Below, piece after piece: positions 39,141 through 50,944 of a stretch of DNA of 64,000 nt (position 1 is its first letter; every line of letters begins with the position of its first letter). A model generated the notes under the pieces. The model searched no databases. It was not told the DNA's origin and saw only the letters and a list, made by a program, of their open reading frames with translations. The DNA is from Leptospira sp. (GTDB taxonomy: Bacteria > Spirochaetota > Leptospiria > Leptospirales > Leptospiraceae): positions 192,001 through 256,000 of the forward strand of contig JAWXAQ010000007.1 of the NCBI GenBank assembly GCA_034439575.1. The letters run 5' to 3'. The translations under genes and the position numbers were made by a program.

Positions 39141-41015
39141 ATGAATTCCCCATTTTATCCAGATCATTTTGATTGTATTGTTGTTGGTGCTGGTCATGCA
39201 GGATCTGAGGCAGCTTTTATTACAGCATCGGGTGGATTAAAAACATTACTCATTACTATGAACTTGGATACCATAGGGCAGATGAGTTGCAATCCAGCTA
39301 TTGGCGGAATTGCAAAAGGGCATATGGTTCGAGAAGTGGATGCATTAGGTGGATTAATGGGAAGGACCATTGATGCAACTGGTATCCAATTTAAAATGCT
39401 AAACACATCAAAGGGTCCATCGGTATGGGCGCCACGTGCACAGGCAGAAAAAAAACAATACCAGCTTACCATCAAACATGAACTTGAAAAAATTAAAAAC
39501 TTATCAATAAGACAAGATACTGTTGAAGACTTGGTTGTCGAAGGAAACCAAATCGTTGGGCTTATTACAGGACGAGGATTTGAATTTAAAACAAATCACA
39601 TAGTGCTAACGACGGGAACTTTTCTTTCGAGTGTGATTCATATTGGAACATACCAAAAAGAATCTGGTCGAATTGGTGAACCGACGACTAAAGGTTTATC
39701 AACAACTCTTGCTCGCTTTCAATTTCGATTGAGTAGATTAAAAACTGGAACACCTGCTCGTGTTCATAAAAATTCAATTAACATTCCCATCTTAGAAGAA
39801 CAACACGGCGATGAAAATCCCAAACCATTTTCTTTTGCAACTAAGAAGATCTATCGTAGACAAATTCCATGTTACATCACATATACAAATGAAAATACAC
39901 ATACATACATTCGGGAGAATCTAGAATTCTCTCCAATGTATTCTGGACAAATTAAAAGTACGGGTCCAAGGTATTGCCCATCTATTGAAGACAAAGTGGT
40001 TCGTTTTGCGGAGCGCGAACGTCATCAAATTTTTATCGAACCAGAAGGTTATGATACAAACGAAATGTATTTGAATGGAGTCTCTACAAGTTTGCCTGAA
40101 GAAGTTCAATGGAAATTTTTAAGAACCATTCGTGGATTAGAAGAAGTAGAATTAATGCGACCTGGTTATGCCATTGAGTATGACTATGTTGATCCAACCG
40201 AATTAAAACCCACATTAGAAACAAAGAAGATCAAAGGTCTTTTCCATGCCGGTCAAATCAATGGAACAACTGGTTATGAAGAAGCCGCCGCGCAAGGTTT
40301 AGTTGCTGCATACAATGTAATTCGTTCTTTTAAAAAAGAGGATCCAATTCTATTTCCAAGAAGTGAATCTTATATTGGAGTGCTTGTTGATGATTTAGTT
40401 CATAAAGGCGTCGAAGATCCGTATCGCATGTTTACAAGTCGCGCCGAGTATCGATTATTATTAAGACAAGACAATGCGGACCAAAGACTGATGAAGTATG
40501 GTTATGAGATGGGACTTGTGAAAAAAGAAGTCTTTGAAGATATGTTAGCTCGTTACCAACATATTAACAATCTGAAAACAAAACTTTTTACTTTGTCAAT
40601 GAAACCATCGGAAGAACTTACCTCACTCTTGGAAAATAGAGGAATTCAAAATTATAAATTTGGTCACACAGTTTCATCTTTTTTAAAACGACCCGAAATT
40701 AAAATCTCCGATTGTGAAATGCTTCTTCCTGAATTAAAAAATCTATCTGATGAAGACAAAGCAGTTCTCGAAATGGAAATTAAATATGAAGGATATTTAA
40801 AACGAGAATTGGACACGATAGAGTATCGAAAAAAATTCCTGAGCCTATCTATTCCGGAAGATTTTAATTATAGTAAAGTGAAAGGATTGAAGACAGAGGC
40901 AGTTGTTAAATTAGAAAAACACAGACCTATGAATTTAGAAATGGCTGGCCATATTTCTGGTGTGGATCCATCAGATGTTGATCTTTTACTTTATCATCTT
41001 GTAGATAAAAGATAA
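39141..41015 (+). CDS. mnmG: tRNA uridine 5-carboxymethylaminomethyl modification enzyme
   Basis: [46 protein letters not shown]. Confidence 0.98.
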   Translation: MNSPFYPDHFDCIVVGAGHAGSEAAFITASGGLKTLLITMNLDTIGQMSCNPAIGGIAKGHMVREVDALGGLMGRTIDATGIQFKMLNTSKGPSVWAPRAQAEKKQYQLTIKHELEKIKNLSIRQDTVEDLVVEGNQIVGLITGRGFEFKTNHIVLTTGTFLSSVIHIGTYQKESGRIGEPTTKGLSTTLARFQFRLSRLKTGTPARVHKNSINIPILEEQHGDENPKPFSFATKKIYRRQIPCYITYTNENTHTYIRENLEFSPMYSGQIKSTGPRYCPSIEDKVVRFAERERHQIFIEPEGYDTNEMYLNGVSTSLPEEVQWKFLRTIRGLEEVELMRPGYAIEYDYVDPTELKPTLETKKIKGLFHAGQINGTTGYEEAAAQGLVAAYNVIRSFKKEDPILFPRSESYIGVLVDDLVHKGVEDPYRMFTSRAEYRLLLRQDNADQRLMKYGYEMGLVKKEVFEDMLARYQHINNLKTKLFTLSMKPSEELTSLLENRGIQNYKFGHTVSSFLKRPEIKISDCEMLLPELKNLSDEDKAVLEMEIKYEGYLKRELDTIEYRKKFLSLSIPEDFNYSKVKGLKTEAVVKLEKHRPMNLEMAGHISGVDPSDVDLLLYHLVDKR

Positions 41016-41090
41016 ACCAAATTTGATCTAAATTTGTTTAAAATATTTTTTTTAATTAATAACATATTCAAAGAGCTTATATTTTAATTC

Positions 41091-41936
41091 TTACTTCTGT
41101 TTAGACTTAAGGATGATGATGGGAACTTCTGGAGGACAATTGAATCGTATTGGAAGTATGGACCAACCAATTCCACTAGATATAAAAACATCTTCGCCAA
41201 ATTTATTTTTACGAAATCCTTTATCTAGGTTTCTACTCTTGATAGGTAAGATAGGGGAATAATCAAAGAAGGGAATTCTTACTTGTCCTCCATGTGTGTG
41301 CCCCGCTAAGAACAAATTGATTTTTGTATTATGATTTGTTTGTGTTGCATCTGGATTATGAGTGATCACTAATTTGAAATTTTTAAGTGGTGAATAAGCG
41401 ATTGATTTATCTATATCAACTTCATCTTCCCAGAAATCTCCAGTCCCTGCAATCGTTATCTCTGATTTTCCTTTCTTTAGTATCTTGTGCTGATTGCGAA
41501 GGGATCGCTTTGAATCATTTAGTAATGATAAAGAAAGTTTATGATTGGCCCAGTGATCATGATTTCCATTTACAAATAAGACATCATGCTTTGCTTTCAA
41601 AGTTAAAAGCAAAGGCCAAACTTTTTTCAGCTCCTCATCCGTTTTTCTTTTTTTAACATAATCACCTAGACCAACAATTAAGTCAGGAGACGTATCGTTT
41701 GTTTTTTGAATCACCCACTTGATCCATATTTCAGGATCTAAAGAACCTAAGTGAAGATCAGAAATAATAGCGATTCGATAACCATCAAATTCTTTTGGTA
41801 ACGATTCTGATTCATAAACATATTCAGGAAAGGTGACAAAGTATCTTTCCCAAACAAAGGAGTATATACCTATTGCAAGACTTGTGATGAAAAGATATTT
41901 GAAATATCTTTTGTATGCTTTGGGTTTATCTTTCAA
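41091..41936 (-). CDS. Calcineurin-like metallophosphoesterase (YkuE/YaeI-like)
   Basis: SDLH, GD, GNHD, HNP, GHTHGGQ. Confidence 0.9.
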   Translation of the reverse strand: MKDKPKAYKRYFKYLFITSLAIGIYSFVWERYFVTFPEYVYESESLPKEFDGYRIAIISDLHLGSLDPEIWIKWVIQKTNDTSPDLIVGLGDYVKKRKTDEELKKVWPLLLTLKAKHDVLFVNGNHDHWANHKLSLSLLNDSKRSLRNQHKILKKGKSEITIAGTGDFWEDEVDIDKSIAYSPLKNFKLVITHNPDATQTNHNTKINLFLAGHTHGGQVRIPFFDYSPILPIKSRNLDKGFRKNKFGEDVFISSGIGWSILPIRFNCPPEVPIIILKSKQK

Positions 41937-41973
41937 ATTTTAATTTATTCTTTTGCCTCATCCAAACCTTTTG

Positions 41974-42732
41974 TTAATCCTTTTTTGAAACTTTGTTTTT
42001 TAATGTTTCATCATAGATCAAAGTATGTGTGCGATCAATCATCCAAGTATCACCTTGTTTCACGTGAAACGTAAATGATTCTAGTGTGCCGTCAGTTTTA
42101 TATTTTAGTTTATGAACACGCTTGGTTTCTCCTTGAAAGAATTCCCTTTCGGCAAGGTGACCCTTCGCATCATACTTAAAATGAATTTCTCCAAGACTTC
42201 TTTTTTTATCATCAAGCAAAGATTGAATTTGGACATTTGGTCTTTTCGAATCTATAGAAAATTTAAAAGACTCTAAATCATTTGATTCTGCATTTTTTCC
42301 CTCACCGGCAATCACAGAGCCATCTTTATCCACAGTGAGATTGTATTGAATTTGAACTTTACCAGTTTCATCTTTTGTGACAAGACGCTTGAGAAGATTT
42401 ACTTTGTAAAAGAATTCCTTCTTCTCAACTAAATTGTTTTGAGGACCGTAAACTTCTTCAGCGATGACCATCCCGTCTTTATAAACGTAAATAGTTTTAC
42501 CATCAGGCTTACCTTCTTTGTTGGTATAGGTTTCTTGTAGCAGATGACCATTTTCATCGTATGTAAATTCTGATACATAAATGACCGTACCTTCCGTATT
42601 GCGGATGATTTCTTTTGATGGTCCTTTCTCAACTTTATAAAGAATCAATTGGTCTTTGTATGACCATTTGCCTGGAGTATAAGACAAAAGTGGAAGTGAA
42701 ACAAAAAGTATAAAAATGAAAATGAAACGCAT
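41974..42732 (-). CDS. Exported protein with YD-like beta-hairpin repeats
   Basis: Signal peptide; TYDENGHL, VYKDG, KYDAKGHL, KYKTDG; AGGAG RBS. Confidence 0.7.
   Translation of the reverse strand: MRFIFIFILFVSLPLLSYTPGKWSYKDQLILYKVEKGPSKEIIRNTEGTVIYVSEFTYDENGHLLQETYTNKEGKPDGKTIYVYKDGMVIAEEVYGPQNNLVEKKEFFYKVNLLKRLVTKDETGKVQIQYNLTVDKDGSVIAGEGKNAESNDLESFKFSIDSKRPNVQIQSLLDDKKRSLGEIHFKYDAKGHLAEREFFQGETKRVHKLKYKTDGTLESFTFHVKQGDTWMIDRTHTLIYDETLKNKVSKKD
42056..42071. promoter_or_regulatory. parS site (1 mismatch)
   Basis: TGTTTCACGTGAAACG, inside the 41974-42732 CDS. Confidence 0.88.
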
Positions 42733-42789
42733 ATAAAAGTATTCTCCTATTTATTGCATCGACTATTCTCAGAAATTAAGTAAGGAATT

Positions 42790-43533
42790 ATGTCTAAAAA
42801 AAGCGCCATCGAACAACTTAAGGATTATGTCCCACAATTATATGATGCATTAAAAGATGAATTTGATTGGGGACTTATCGATAAGTTTCTGACATTCTTA
42901 GAAACTGAAAATGAACGTGGCGGATTCTTTTCTAAGAATGATACGAAGATAATTTATGAAAGACATATCTTGGATTGTTTGGTCTTCGTATGGAAATTGA
43001 AATCAGAAGGTTTTGTTTCACGTGAAACAAATTTAGCAGATATTGGAACGGGACCAGGTTTACCTGGATTTCTTTTTTCATGTCTTGTATCTCCGCCAAA
43101 AATTACATTAATCGATTCTCAAAGACGTAAACTCGCCCTCTTAGAAACTGAAGTGCATAAAGGTACATTGTCCCAGGTAAAGGATAGAATCAAATTTATG
43201 TTCGAAAGAGCCGAAGACATAAAACAAAAATTTGATCTTATCACTTCTAGAGCTGTTGTGCCATATCCCTTTATTGCAGAAGTCACATCAACTTTAGTGA
43301 AGAAAAAAGGTTTATTATGTCCCTTCCTTGGGCAATCGATATTCGATAAAGATATCGAAAGAAAAGTTTTAACTTATTCAGGATTCAAAATTGAAAAAGA
43401 AATCGAAGTTACTGAATTAAGCTTTTTGGGAAAGAGACATATCAAGATATTGCAAAAGGAATCAGATCCCAAACCGGGATATCCAAGACCTTGGAAAGAA
43501 ATCGTTAAGGAGACTAAACAATCGAATGGGTAA
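42790..43533 (+). CDS. rsmG: 16S rRNA m7G527 methyltransferase
   Basis: [25 protein letters not shown]; lies upstream of parAB. Confidence 0.93.
   Translation: MSKKSAIEQLKDYVPQLYDALKDEFDWGLIDKFLTFLETENERGGFFSKNDTKIIYERHILDCLVFVWKLKSEGFVSRETNLADIGTGPGLPGFLFSCLVSPPKITLIDSQRRKLALLETEVHKGTLSQVKDRIKFMFERAEDIKQKFDLITSRAVVPYPFIAEVTSTLVKKKGLLCPFLGQSIFDKDIERKVLTYSGFKIEKEIEVTELSFLGKRHIKILQKESDPKPGYPRPWKEIVKETKQSNG
43014..43029. promoter_or_regulatory. parS site (perfect)
   Basis: TGTTTCACGTGAAACA inside rsmG. Confidence 0.95.
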
Positions 43534-44287
43534 AATCGTTTCAATCAGCAACCAAAAAGGTGGAGTCGGAAAAACTACTACCGCGATCAACTTGGCATCG
43601 AACTTGGTGGAGCTTGGTAAAAAAATATTACTCCTCGATATTGATCCTCAAGGAAATTCCGGATCAGGCCTTGGACTAGAAGTACAATCTCTTAATAAAA
43701 CTACCTATGAACTCTTGATCGGTGAATTATCGGCGCGTGAAGTGATTCATAAAACATTTGTAGATAGATTGGATATCATTCCTTCGAATATAAATCTTTC
43801 TGGCTTGGAAGTCGACTTTCTCGGGATTGATAAAAAAGAATTCAAACTTCGTGATGCACTTGCTAGCGTGAAACAAGACTACGATTATATTTTAATCGAT
43901 TGTCCACCATCACTTGGTGTCCTAACCATCAATGCACTTTGTGCCTCTCAATCGGTGATGATCACATTACAAACTGAATACTTTGCATTGGAAGGATTAT
44001 CACAATTGATGCGCATCATCTCTCTAGTTCAAAATCAATGGAACCCCGGTTTGGAATTGGAAGGGGTACTTCTAACTATGTATGATAAGAGAACTAATTT
44101 AGCAAATCAAGTGGCCGATGATGTAAGAAACTTTTTTAAAGAGAAGGTTTACCAAACAATCATTCCAAGAAATATAAAATTATCAGAGGCTCCTTCCTTT
44201 GGTAAACCTATCAATTACTATGATCCTGACGGTGTTGGTGCAAAAAGTTACCGAAGTCTAGCAGAAGAAATAGTAGGAATGAGTTAA
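43526..44287 (+). CDS. parA: Chromosome partitioning ATPase ParA/Soj
   Basis: [31 protein letters not shown]. Confidence 0.96.
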   Translation: MGKIVSISNQKGGVGKTTTAINLASNLVELGKKILLLDIDPQGNSGSGLGLEVQSLNKTTYELLIGELSAREVIHKTFVDRLDIIPSNINLSGLEVDFLGIDKKEFKLRDALASVKQDYDYILIDCPPSLGVLTINALCASQSVMITLQTEYFALEGLSQLMRIISLVQNQWNPGLELEGVLLTMYDKRTNLANQVADDVRNFFKEKVYQTIIPRNIKLSEAPSFGKPINYYDPDGVGAKSYRSLAEEIVGMS

Positions 44288-44291
44288 AATT

Positions 44292-45185
44292 ATGGCACTT
44301 GGAAAAGGTAAAGTGTTGGGACGAGGATTAAGTAACCTAATACCAGTTAACGATAAAAATGAAGAAATCCCAAAGGACGAACTTTCTGGGTTGAGGGAAA
44401 TTAAAATTTCAGAAATTCAGCCCAATCCCTACCAACCAAGAAAACATTTTTCTAACGATGCGATTCAGGAATTGTCTGTTACCATCCAGCAACATGGTGT
44501 GATCCAACCAATAGTGATTCAAAAAAACAATGCAGGTGCTGGTTTCATTTTGATTTCAGGTGAGAGAAGACTACGCGCATGCAAACTCGCGGGATTTGTA
44601 AAAATACCAGCCATCGTTAAAGATGTATCTGATGCAGATATGATGGAATTGGCTTTAATTGAAAATTTGCAAAGAGAAGATTTGAATCCTATGGAGGAAG
44701 CGCAAGCTTATCAAAATTTGATCGACAAACGTGGGTTAAAAGTAACTGACCTTGCCACTCGTGTAGGAAAAAATCGTTCAACCATTGCTAATTTAATTCG
44801 TCTACTCGGACTTCCTAAACAAGTCCAAGATTGGATTAAGGAAGGAAAACTGACCGAAGGTCAAACTCGACCATTGTTATCTTTACCAGAACCAAAAAAA
44901 CAGTCAGAAGTTGCAGCTAAGATAATCTCTGAAAATTGGTCTGCAAGAGATGTAGAAAATTATGTTTCCAACTTTCTTCATCCCGACAAAAAATCAAAAG
45001 ATACGTTTAGCGGAAAAGAGAAAGATGGAAGCATTGTGAAACTCGAAGGTAAACTCAGAAATAAATATAGTTCTAAAGTCGAGATTGCACATAACGAATC
45101 CAACGGAAAAGGAAAGATTGTTTTTTCTTATGCCAATCTAACTGACATGGAACGTTTACTCGAACTCCTCGGTTTGAAATTGTAA
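44292..45185 (+). CDS. parB: Chromosome partitioning CTPase ParB/Spo0J
   Basis: LGRGL, NPYQPRK.F, GERRLRA, ENLQREDLNP.EEA. Confidence 0.96.
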   Translation: MALGKGKVLGRGLSNLIPVNDKNEEIPKDELSGLREIKISEIQPNPYQPRKHFSNDAIQELSVTIQQHGVIQPIVIQKNNAGAGFILISGERRLRACKLAGFVKIPAIVKDVSDADMMELALIENLQREDLNPMEEAQAYQNLIDKRGLKVTDLATRVGKNRSTIANLIRLLGLPKQVQDWIKEGKLTEGQTRPLLSLPEPKKQSEVAAKIISENWSARDVENYVSNFLHPDKKSKDTFSGKEKDGSIVKLEGKLRNKYSSKVEIAHNESNGKGKIVFSYANLTDMERLLELLGLKL

Positions 45186-46931
45186 ACTTGCGAGTCGCGA
45201 GTATAGTTTACTTTTTTTCAATAATTCTTCATGGGTTCCTTGGGAATCCACCTTACCTTGATTAATTACTATTATTTGATCACTATTTACAACAGTTGCT
45301 AGTCGATGAGCGATGATAAGGGTTGTTCTATTTTTCATCAATTCATCTAAAGCTTTCTGAACCATTCGTTCGGATTCTGAATCCAAAGCTGAAGTAGCTT
45401 CGTCTAACAAAAGTATCTTTGGATTTCTTAAAATGGCACGAGCTATGGCTATCCGTTGTTTTTGTCCGCCAGAAAGTCTTGTACCCATGTGTCCGAGATC
45501 AGTGTCCCATCCATTGTTCAGCTGTGGCAAAAATTCTGAAACATATGCTTGTTCGGCGGCAATTTTGATCTTTTCGAAATTGGCACTAGGATCTCCGTAA
45601 GCAATGTTTTCACGTAAGGTTCCAGAAAAAAGAATCGGTTGTTGAGGAACAAATCCAATTAGGGATCGCAGATCTTTTAAGGAAAAATCTCTTATGTCAT
45701 TTCCATCGATTAGTATCGATCCAATTGTTGGGTCATAAAATCGAAGAAGTAATTCAAAGAGAGTTGATTTCCCCCCACCAGAGGGTCCAACTATTGCTGT
45801 AGTTTTATCTGCCGGAATATTTAATTGGAAGTCAGAAATTGCTTTTCTATCTAGCCGTGATGGGTAAGAAAAAGTAAGGTTTTTAAATTCAATTTCACCT
45901 CTCGTATTTGCGGGTAGCGCTATCGGATTTACTGGATCTTGGATATTTGATTTAGATGAAAGGAGTTCCATTAATCTTTCCGTTGCTCCTGCCGCACGTT
46001 GCAAATCACCTAACACTTCTGATATGGCACCAATGGAACTAGCTACCATAATTGCATAGAAGGCAAATGCTATTAATTCCCCACCTGTAATTCTTCCTTC
46101 AAGGACATCCATTCCCCCAACCCATAACATAAAACTAATACCGACTAGAATGAGTAAGATCACACTAGCGATGAGTAAGGACCTTTGACGGATTCGTGAA
46201 ACAGAAACATCAAATGCATCTTCAACGGTTTTACTAAATTTATCCTTATCTATTTCTTGGTGAGAAAAACTTTGTACAATTTTGATATTGAACAATGCTT
46301 CACTTACATAAGAACCTACATTCGCAATCTTGTCTTGTGTATCCCGAGATAGATTACGAACCTTTCTCCCATAAAATAGAATGGGAAACACGATGAAAGG
46401 AACTGAAAGTAAAACGATACAAGTTAGTTTGATGTTTGTTATAAAAAGGAAGATAATACCACCGATAAACATCAGTATGTTTCTAAGTGCTATAGAAGCA
46501 GAGGAACCTATCACTGATTGCAATAAAGTTGTATCAGTCACTATTCTAGATTGAATTTCCCCTGGAGAATTAGTTTCAAAAAAGTTGGGATGCATTTCAA
46601 CGACATGCGCAAATACATCAGTTCGAATATCGGATGATACTCTTTCACCAATCCAAGACACCATATAGTGCCTGAGATAAGTTCCGGCTGCGAGTAAGAT
46701 TCCGATAAAAATGATCGCAATTAAAGAAAAGGTTAATTCTTGTTTGGACCGAGCAGTAAAACCTGCATCGATTAGGTGACGAAGACCTTGTCCTAAGGAA
46801 AGTGTAACTCCTGCAGTAAAAAGAAGAGCCACTGAAGAAACGAAAATTTGAAATTGGTAGGGTTTTAAGTATTTAAAAGTTTTTGATAAGACGTTGAGAT
46901 TTTTACTTGGAGGTCGGTTTGTAGTGCGCAA
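45156..46931 (-). CDS. ABC exporter, fused TMD-NBD (MsbA-like)
   Basis: N-terminal TM helices; GPSGGGKS, LSGGQKQR, LLLDEATSALD, IAHRL. Confidence 0.93.
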   Translation of the reverse strand: MRTTNRPPSKNLNVLSKTFKYLKPYQFQIFVSSVALLFTAGVTLSLGQGLRHLIDAGFTARSKQELTFSLIAIIFIGILLAAGTYLRHYMVSWIGERVSSDIRTDVFAHVVEMHPNFFETNSPGEIQSRIVTDTTLLQSVIGSSASIALRNILMFIGGIIFLFITNIKLTCIVLLSVPFIVFPILFYGRKVRNLSRDTQDKIANVGSYVSEALFNIKIVQSFSHQEIDKDKFSKTVEDAFDVSVSRIRQRSLLIASVILLILVGISFMLWVGGMDVLEGRITGGELIAFAFYAIMVASSIGAISEVLGDLQRAAGATERLMELLSSKSNIQDPVNPIALPANTRGEIEFKNLTFSYPSRLDRKAISDFQLNIPADKTTAIVGPSGGGKSTLFELLLRFYDPTIGSILIDGNDIRDFSLKDLRSLIGFVPQQPILFSGTLRENIAYGDPSANFEKIKIAAEQAYVSEFLPQLNNGWDTDLGHMGTRLSGGQKQRIAIARAILRNPKILLLDEATSALDSESERMVQKALDELMKNRTTLIIAHRLATVVNSDQIIVINQGKVDSQGTHEELLKKSKLYSRLASLQFQTEEFE

Positions 46932-46937
46932 TGAGAA

Positions 46938-47402
46938 TTATCCTTTAAGATCAATTAATAGACCTCGGATTTCATCTAATTGTTTCAAAATATTAAAAGC
47001 TGAATTTGTAGGGGAGAACATCGTGTTCGCTAATATATCCAATTTTTCATCCACAATTTTCACATAACGAATATCTTTCGTATCGTTACGTCCTCTTGTC
47101 GGTGCCTGTATCACTTTATGATTTTTCTTTAATATCAATTTGGCAATTTGTTTGATATGTTCTTTATATTCTTTTAAATTTTTATGATTTGGATTTGCGA
47201 TGAGTGCCTTTTCTATGTCTGGCAAATCTTTCCATAATTCGTTTAATTCTCTCGTTCCTTCTTCTGTTGAAGGAACAATTGATTCTAAAATATCAAAAAA
47301 AGTTTGGTTCGCGTGAATCGAATTAGTATCTTTTAATTTATCACTGGCTTGTTTGCGCGAAGAAGTAGAATTCGATTTAGATGGCGTAGGTAAAACAAAC
47401 AT
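46938..47402 (-). CDS. YaaR/DUF327 family protein
   Basis: L..YK..IK..., C-terminal ILKQLDEIRGLLIDL; GGAGG RBS. Confidence 0.8.
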   Translation of the reverse strand: MFVLPTPSKSNSTSSRKQASDKLKDTNSIHANQTFFDILESIVPSTEEGTRELNELWKDLPDIEKALIANPNHKNLKEYKEHIKQIAKLILKKNHKVIQAPTRGRNDTKDIRYVKIVDEKLDILANTMFSPTNSAFNILKQLDEIRGLLIDLKG

Positions 47403-47411
47403 AGACCCTCC

Positions 47412-47765
47412 CTAATGGCGAGTAGGATTGATCGTACATTTTCCGTGAAAAATTACACCCTCTTCAACTATCAGTCTTGGGGTTACGATATCTCCATCAA
47501 GTCGACAGCTGGATAATAAAGTGACTCTCTCGGTAGCATAAATGTTACCTCGAATTTCACCACCAGCAACCACTACTCGTGCTTTGATATCTGTATCGAC
47601 GATTCCCGACTTTCCGATAAGTACCTTTCCCTCTGTTTCGAGTAATCCACGGAATTTTCCGTCGATTCTTATGAGGCCAGGAAATTTGAATTCACCAACA
47701 AATTCTGCACCTTCGCCAATGACACTATTAACTAAATATTCTTCTTCGTGTGGGTCTTTAGACAT
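47412..47765 (-). CDS. Bactofilin (polymer-forming cytoskeletal protein)
   Basis: SVIGEGAEFVG...IRIDG.F.G...V..G...GNI...L...GDI....L.VEEG..F.G. Confidence 0.93.
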   Translation of the reverse strand: MSKDPHEEEYLVNSVIGEGAEFVGEFKFPGLIRIDGKFRGLLETEGKVLIGKSGIVDTDIKARVVVAGGEIRGNIYATERVTLLSSCRLDGDIVTPRLIVEEGVIFHGKCTINPTRH

Positions 47766-48751
47766 TATTCTTGAATTTGGTTTAAGAAAGAGAAAGGGTT
47801 AAGGGCTTGAGTTCCTACATGGACTTCGTAGTGAAGATGATAGACTGGATTTTCTGGAGTCTTACCGACATATCCTATCACATCACCTTTTGAAATTTTT
47901 TCTAGTTTCTTTACTTTAACACGGTCAAGGTTTGAATAAATTGTTTTCCAACCAAAACGGTGTGCAAGTTTTATATAATAACCAGTAGCTGGTGAAAATC
48001 CAGAATCAAATACAACTCCTGGAGCAGTGGCAACAACTTCAGCACCAGGGAAGGATCCTATATCCAATCCTTTATTGAATTCTTCTTTTCCTGTTATAGG
48101 TGATAAATACTTCCCAAATGGAAATAGTACATAACCTTTCGTAGGCCAAATCGATGGCGTATTTTTAATGATGCTCTTTCTTTTTTTGATGAGTTTGATG
48201 ATTTCATCTGAAAGTTCGGATGACAATTTTAAGTTATGAATGTCTTCCTTAATTCGGAAAGATTCATCAGTAATATCCGTTTGTGGATTCCCTTGCATGG
48301 CAAGGAATTGATTATTTCCTCCCATGCCCTTAGAAACGCGGGAAGGGTCACCACCTAATTTAATATAGAGGCTAGAAATTTTTTCATAATAATATTGAAT
48401 TGTTTCATGTAGAGAATTCACTTCTTCTTTCATTTTTGAAGATTGACGAATGAAATCTTTGTTTGTTAAATTAAGTTCTGTTAACTGGTGTACAGAGCCT
48501 GAATGAGACAATACGTTTACAGCACTGATTACTAATAATACAACTAAGATCCCAATAAAAATTGAAATGGCCTTATAAGAGATTACAAAATTTAAAGTTT
48601 TACGATCCGTATGTGGAATCACCATGATCGTTAATCGTTCGCGACCCTTTTTATCTAAATCTTCATACCTTTGGGAAAGTTTGAGTTTCCATTCCTGCAT
48701 TTTGTATCGCAGGCGGTAGAAGAGGAGATTTATGTACTGCTTAAAGTTCAT
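47765..48751 (-). CDS. Membrane-anchored M23/LytM family protein with coiled coil (degenerate active site)
   Basis: TIMVIPH + TM + coiled coil; TPSIWP; NKGLD; YSNL; HLHYEV; NP..F. Confidence 0.88.
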   Translation of the reverse strand: MNFKQYINLLFYRLRYKMQEWKLKLSQRYEDLDKKGRERLTIMVIPHTDRKTLNFVISYKAISIFIGILVVLLVISAVNVLSHSGSVHQLTELNLTNKDFIRQSSKMKEEVNSLHETIQYYYEKISSLYIKLGGDPSRVSKGMGGNNQFLAMQGNPQTDITDESFRIKEDIHNLKLSSELSDEIIKLIKKRKSIIKNTPSIWPTKGYVLFPFGKYLSPITGKEEFNKGLDIGSFPGAEVVATAPGVVFDSGFSPATGYYIKLAHRFGWKTIYSNLDRVKVKKLEKISKGDVIGYVGKTPENPVYHLHYEVHVGTQALNPFSFLNQIQE

Positions 48752-48856
48752 TGGAATTGCAAAAAAAAGTCAGATATAGCAAAAGTTCTGCCTTACCCTA
48801 TATCTTTCGATTGAATTTTCATTTTCAGTCAATGTTATTTGCAAAACCTGAGCTAT

Positions 48857-49663
48857 ATGGCTTATTCTTTGATCGATACACATTGTCACCTAGACATAAT
48901 ACAGGAGCAGGGCCAGGAAATTTACCAATCTTTGGAAAAATCGGCGGAAGCCGGTGTCAAAAAAATAGTTCAAATTGGTATAGATCTGCCAAGTTCTATT
49001 CGGGCAAAACAGATATCAGAGACGCATTCGAAAGCCTCTCTAAATATTCATTATACTCTTGGATGTCATCCGACAGAGACACATGAATTTCCTAATGCAG
49101 ATGAAATTTTAAATTTGGCAAAAGATAATTTGAATGATCCGCAATTTACGGGCATTGGCGAAATTGGAATGGATCTATATCATAATGCAACAGAAAGAGA
49201 GGCACAACGTAGTGTGCTTCATAAATTTTTGGAATTTTCAGCGAAAGAAAAATTACCAGTAGTGATTCATTCGCGCGATGCTTTTGAAGATACATATGAA
49301 GGTTTGAAAGAATTTAAAGGCCAAGCTTTTGGAGTGATTCATTGTTTTACTTATGATTACGAAATGGGTAAAAAATTTGTGGATCTAGGATATTACGTTT
49401 CCTTTTCGGGAATCGTAGCTTTTAAGAATGCAACTGACATTCATGAGGCGGCTAAACGTTTACCTTTGGAATCTTTACTCATCGAAACAGATGCTCCATT
49501 CCTTGCACCGCCACCTCATCGTGGAAAAAGAAATGATTCTTCGAATATGCCTTTCATACTAGAACGTATGTTTGGTTTGAGAGAAGAATCGAATGTAAAA
49601 GTAGAAGAAACTTTGTATTTAAACTCAGAAAAATTTATAAACAGAAAGGCGTACTATGCTTGA
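48857..49663 (+). CDS. tatD: TatD family DNase
   Basis: IDTHCHL, GCHP, GEIGMD, IHSR, IHCF, ETDAPFL. Confidence 0.92.
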   Translation: MAYSLIDTHCHLDIIQEQGQEIYQSLEKSAEAGVKKIVQIGIDLPSSIRAKQISETHSKASLNIHYTLGCHPTETHEFPNADEILNLAKDNLNDPQFTGIGEIGMDLYHNATEREAQRSVLHKFLEFSAKEKLPVVIHSRDAFEDTYEGLKEFKGQAFGVIHCFTYDYEMGKKFVDLGYYVSFSGIVAFKNATDIHEAAKRLPLESLLIETDAPFLAPPPHRGKRNDSSNMPFILERMFGLREESNVKVEETLYLNSEKFINRKAYYA

Positions 49664-50912
49664 TATCAATCGAATCTTACAAAACCCAGATGAATTAATA
49701 GAATCATTAAAGAAGCGCGGAGTCAATGCCTCTGATATAGAAACAAAGATTAAAGATGTAGCCGCAAAACAAAAAAAATTAAAACACGAAGCAGAAGAAT
49801 TAAGGGCAGAAAGAAACCGTGTTTCCAAAGAAGTCGGAGCCTTAAAAGCTCAAGGAAAAGATATTTCCGAAATATCCGCTTCCATGAAAGGAGTGGGTGA
49901 CCGAATTAAGGCCATAGAAGATGAGTTAGCTGGTCAAGAAGAATCCTTATTGGAATTAAACATTGGCCTCCCAAATATTTTAGATAAATCTGTTCCGGAA
50001 GGAAAAAATGAAGAAGATAATGTGGAAGTTAAAAGGTGGGGTAATATTCCCTCTTTTTCCTTTGAAGCAAAAACTCATTTTGACATAGGCGAAAAAATGG
50101 GAATTTTTGATTTTGAAAGAGGAGTCAAATTATCGGGGGCTCGTTTTTACACCTACTTAGGCTTAGGTGCTAAAATGGAAAGAGCACTTATGAATTTGAT
50201 GCTAGATACACATACTTCTGAAAATGGTTACAATGAAATGTGGGTTCCTGTGTTAGTCAATGATGAGTCTATGACTGCTACAGGGCAATTGCCAAAATTC
50301 GCAGATGATTTTTATCGTTTGGAAAAAGACGGTTTGAATTTAATTCCCACGGCAGAAGTACCTTTGACCAATTATTATCGCGATGAAATCATTCCAGAAA
50401 AAGAATTACCGATTTCTGTTTGCGCTCACACTTCTTGCTTTCGAAGGGAAGCCGGATCTTATGGGCGGGATACACGGGGTTTAGTACGCGTTCACCAATT
50501 TCAAAAAGTGGAATTAGTGAAATTTACAACACCAGAATCTTCATCAGATGAGCATCAAAAGATGCTAGAAAATGCGGAATCGATACTTCAAAAATTAAAT
50601 CTTCCGTATCGAGTGATGTTACTTTGTAGTCGGGATATTTCTAGTGCCTCTTCAAAAACTTACGATATTGAAGTGTGGATGCCAGGATTAAATCGGTTTA
50701 TGGAAATTTCGTCTGTTTCTAACTTCAAAGACTATCAAGCAAGACGCGGAAAAATTCGATACAAATCGAAAGAAGGAAAAAATTTGCTCGTACATACTTT
50801 GAATGGTTCTGGTCTTGCAATTGGTCGAACTCTTGCAGCTGTCATAGAAAATTACCAAACAGAGGATGGGACTTTCCATATTCCAGATGCATTAAAAACG
50901 TATTTGAGATAG
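49656..50912 (+). CDS. serS: Serine--tRNA ligase
   Basis: [47 protein letters not shown]. Confidence 0.98.
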   Translation: MLDINRILQNPDELIESLKKRGVNASDIETKIKDVAAKQKKLKHEAEELRAERNRVSKEVGALKAQGKDISEISASMKGVGDRIKAIEDELAGQEESLLELNIGLPNILDKSVPEGKNEEDNVEVKRWGNIPSFSFEAKTHFDIGEKMGIFDFERGVKLSGARFYTYLGLGAKMERALMNLMLDTHTSENGYNEMWVPVLVNDESMTATGQLPKFADDFYRLEKDGLNLIPTAEVPLTNYYRDEIIPEKELPISVCAHTSCFRREAGSYGRDTRGLVRVHQFQKVELVKFTTPESSSDEHQKMLENAESILQKLNLPYRVMLLCSRDISSASSKTYDIEVWMPGLNRFMEISSVSNFKDYQARRGKIRYKSKEGKNLLVHTLNGSGLAIGRTLAAVIENYQTEDGTFHIPDALKTYLR

Positions 50913-50944
50913 AAATTCCAAACGAGCAGAAAGCAAAGGTGTCT

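Noticed and set aside
41018..41036. CAAATTT-gatct-AAATTTG hairpin after mnmG
   Set aside because: Stem is almost all A/T, too weak to call a terminator
48751..49086. 111-aa plus-strand ORF
   Set aside because: Alternative frame overlapping tatD; no motif
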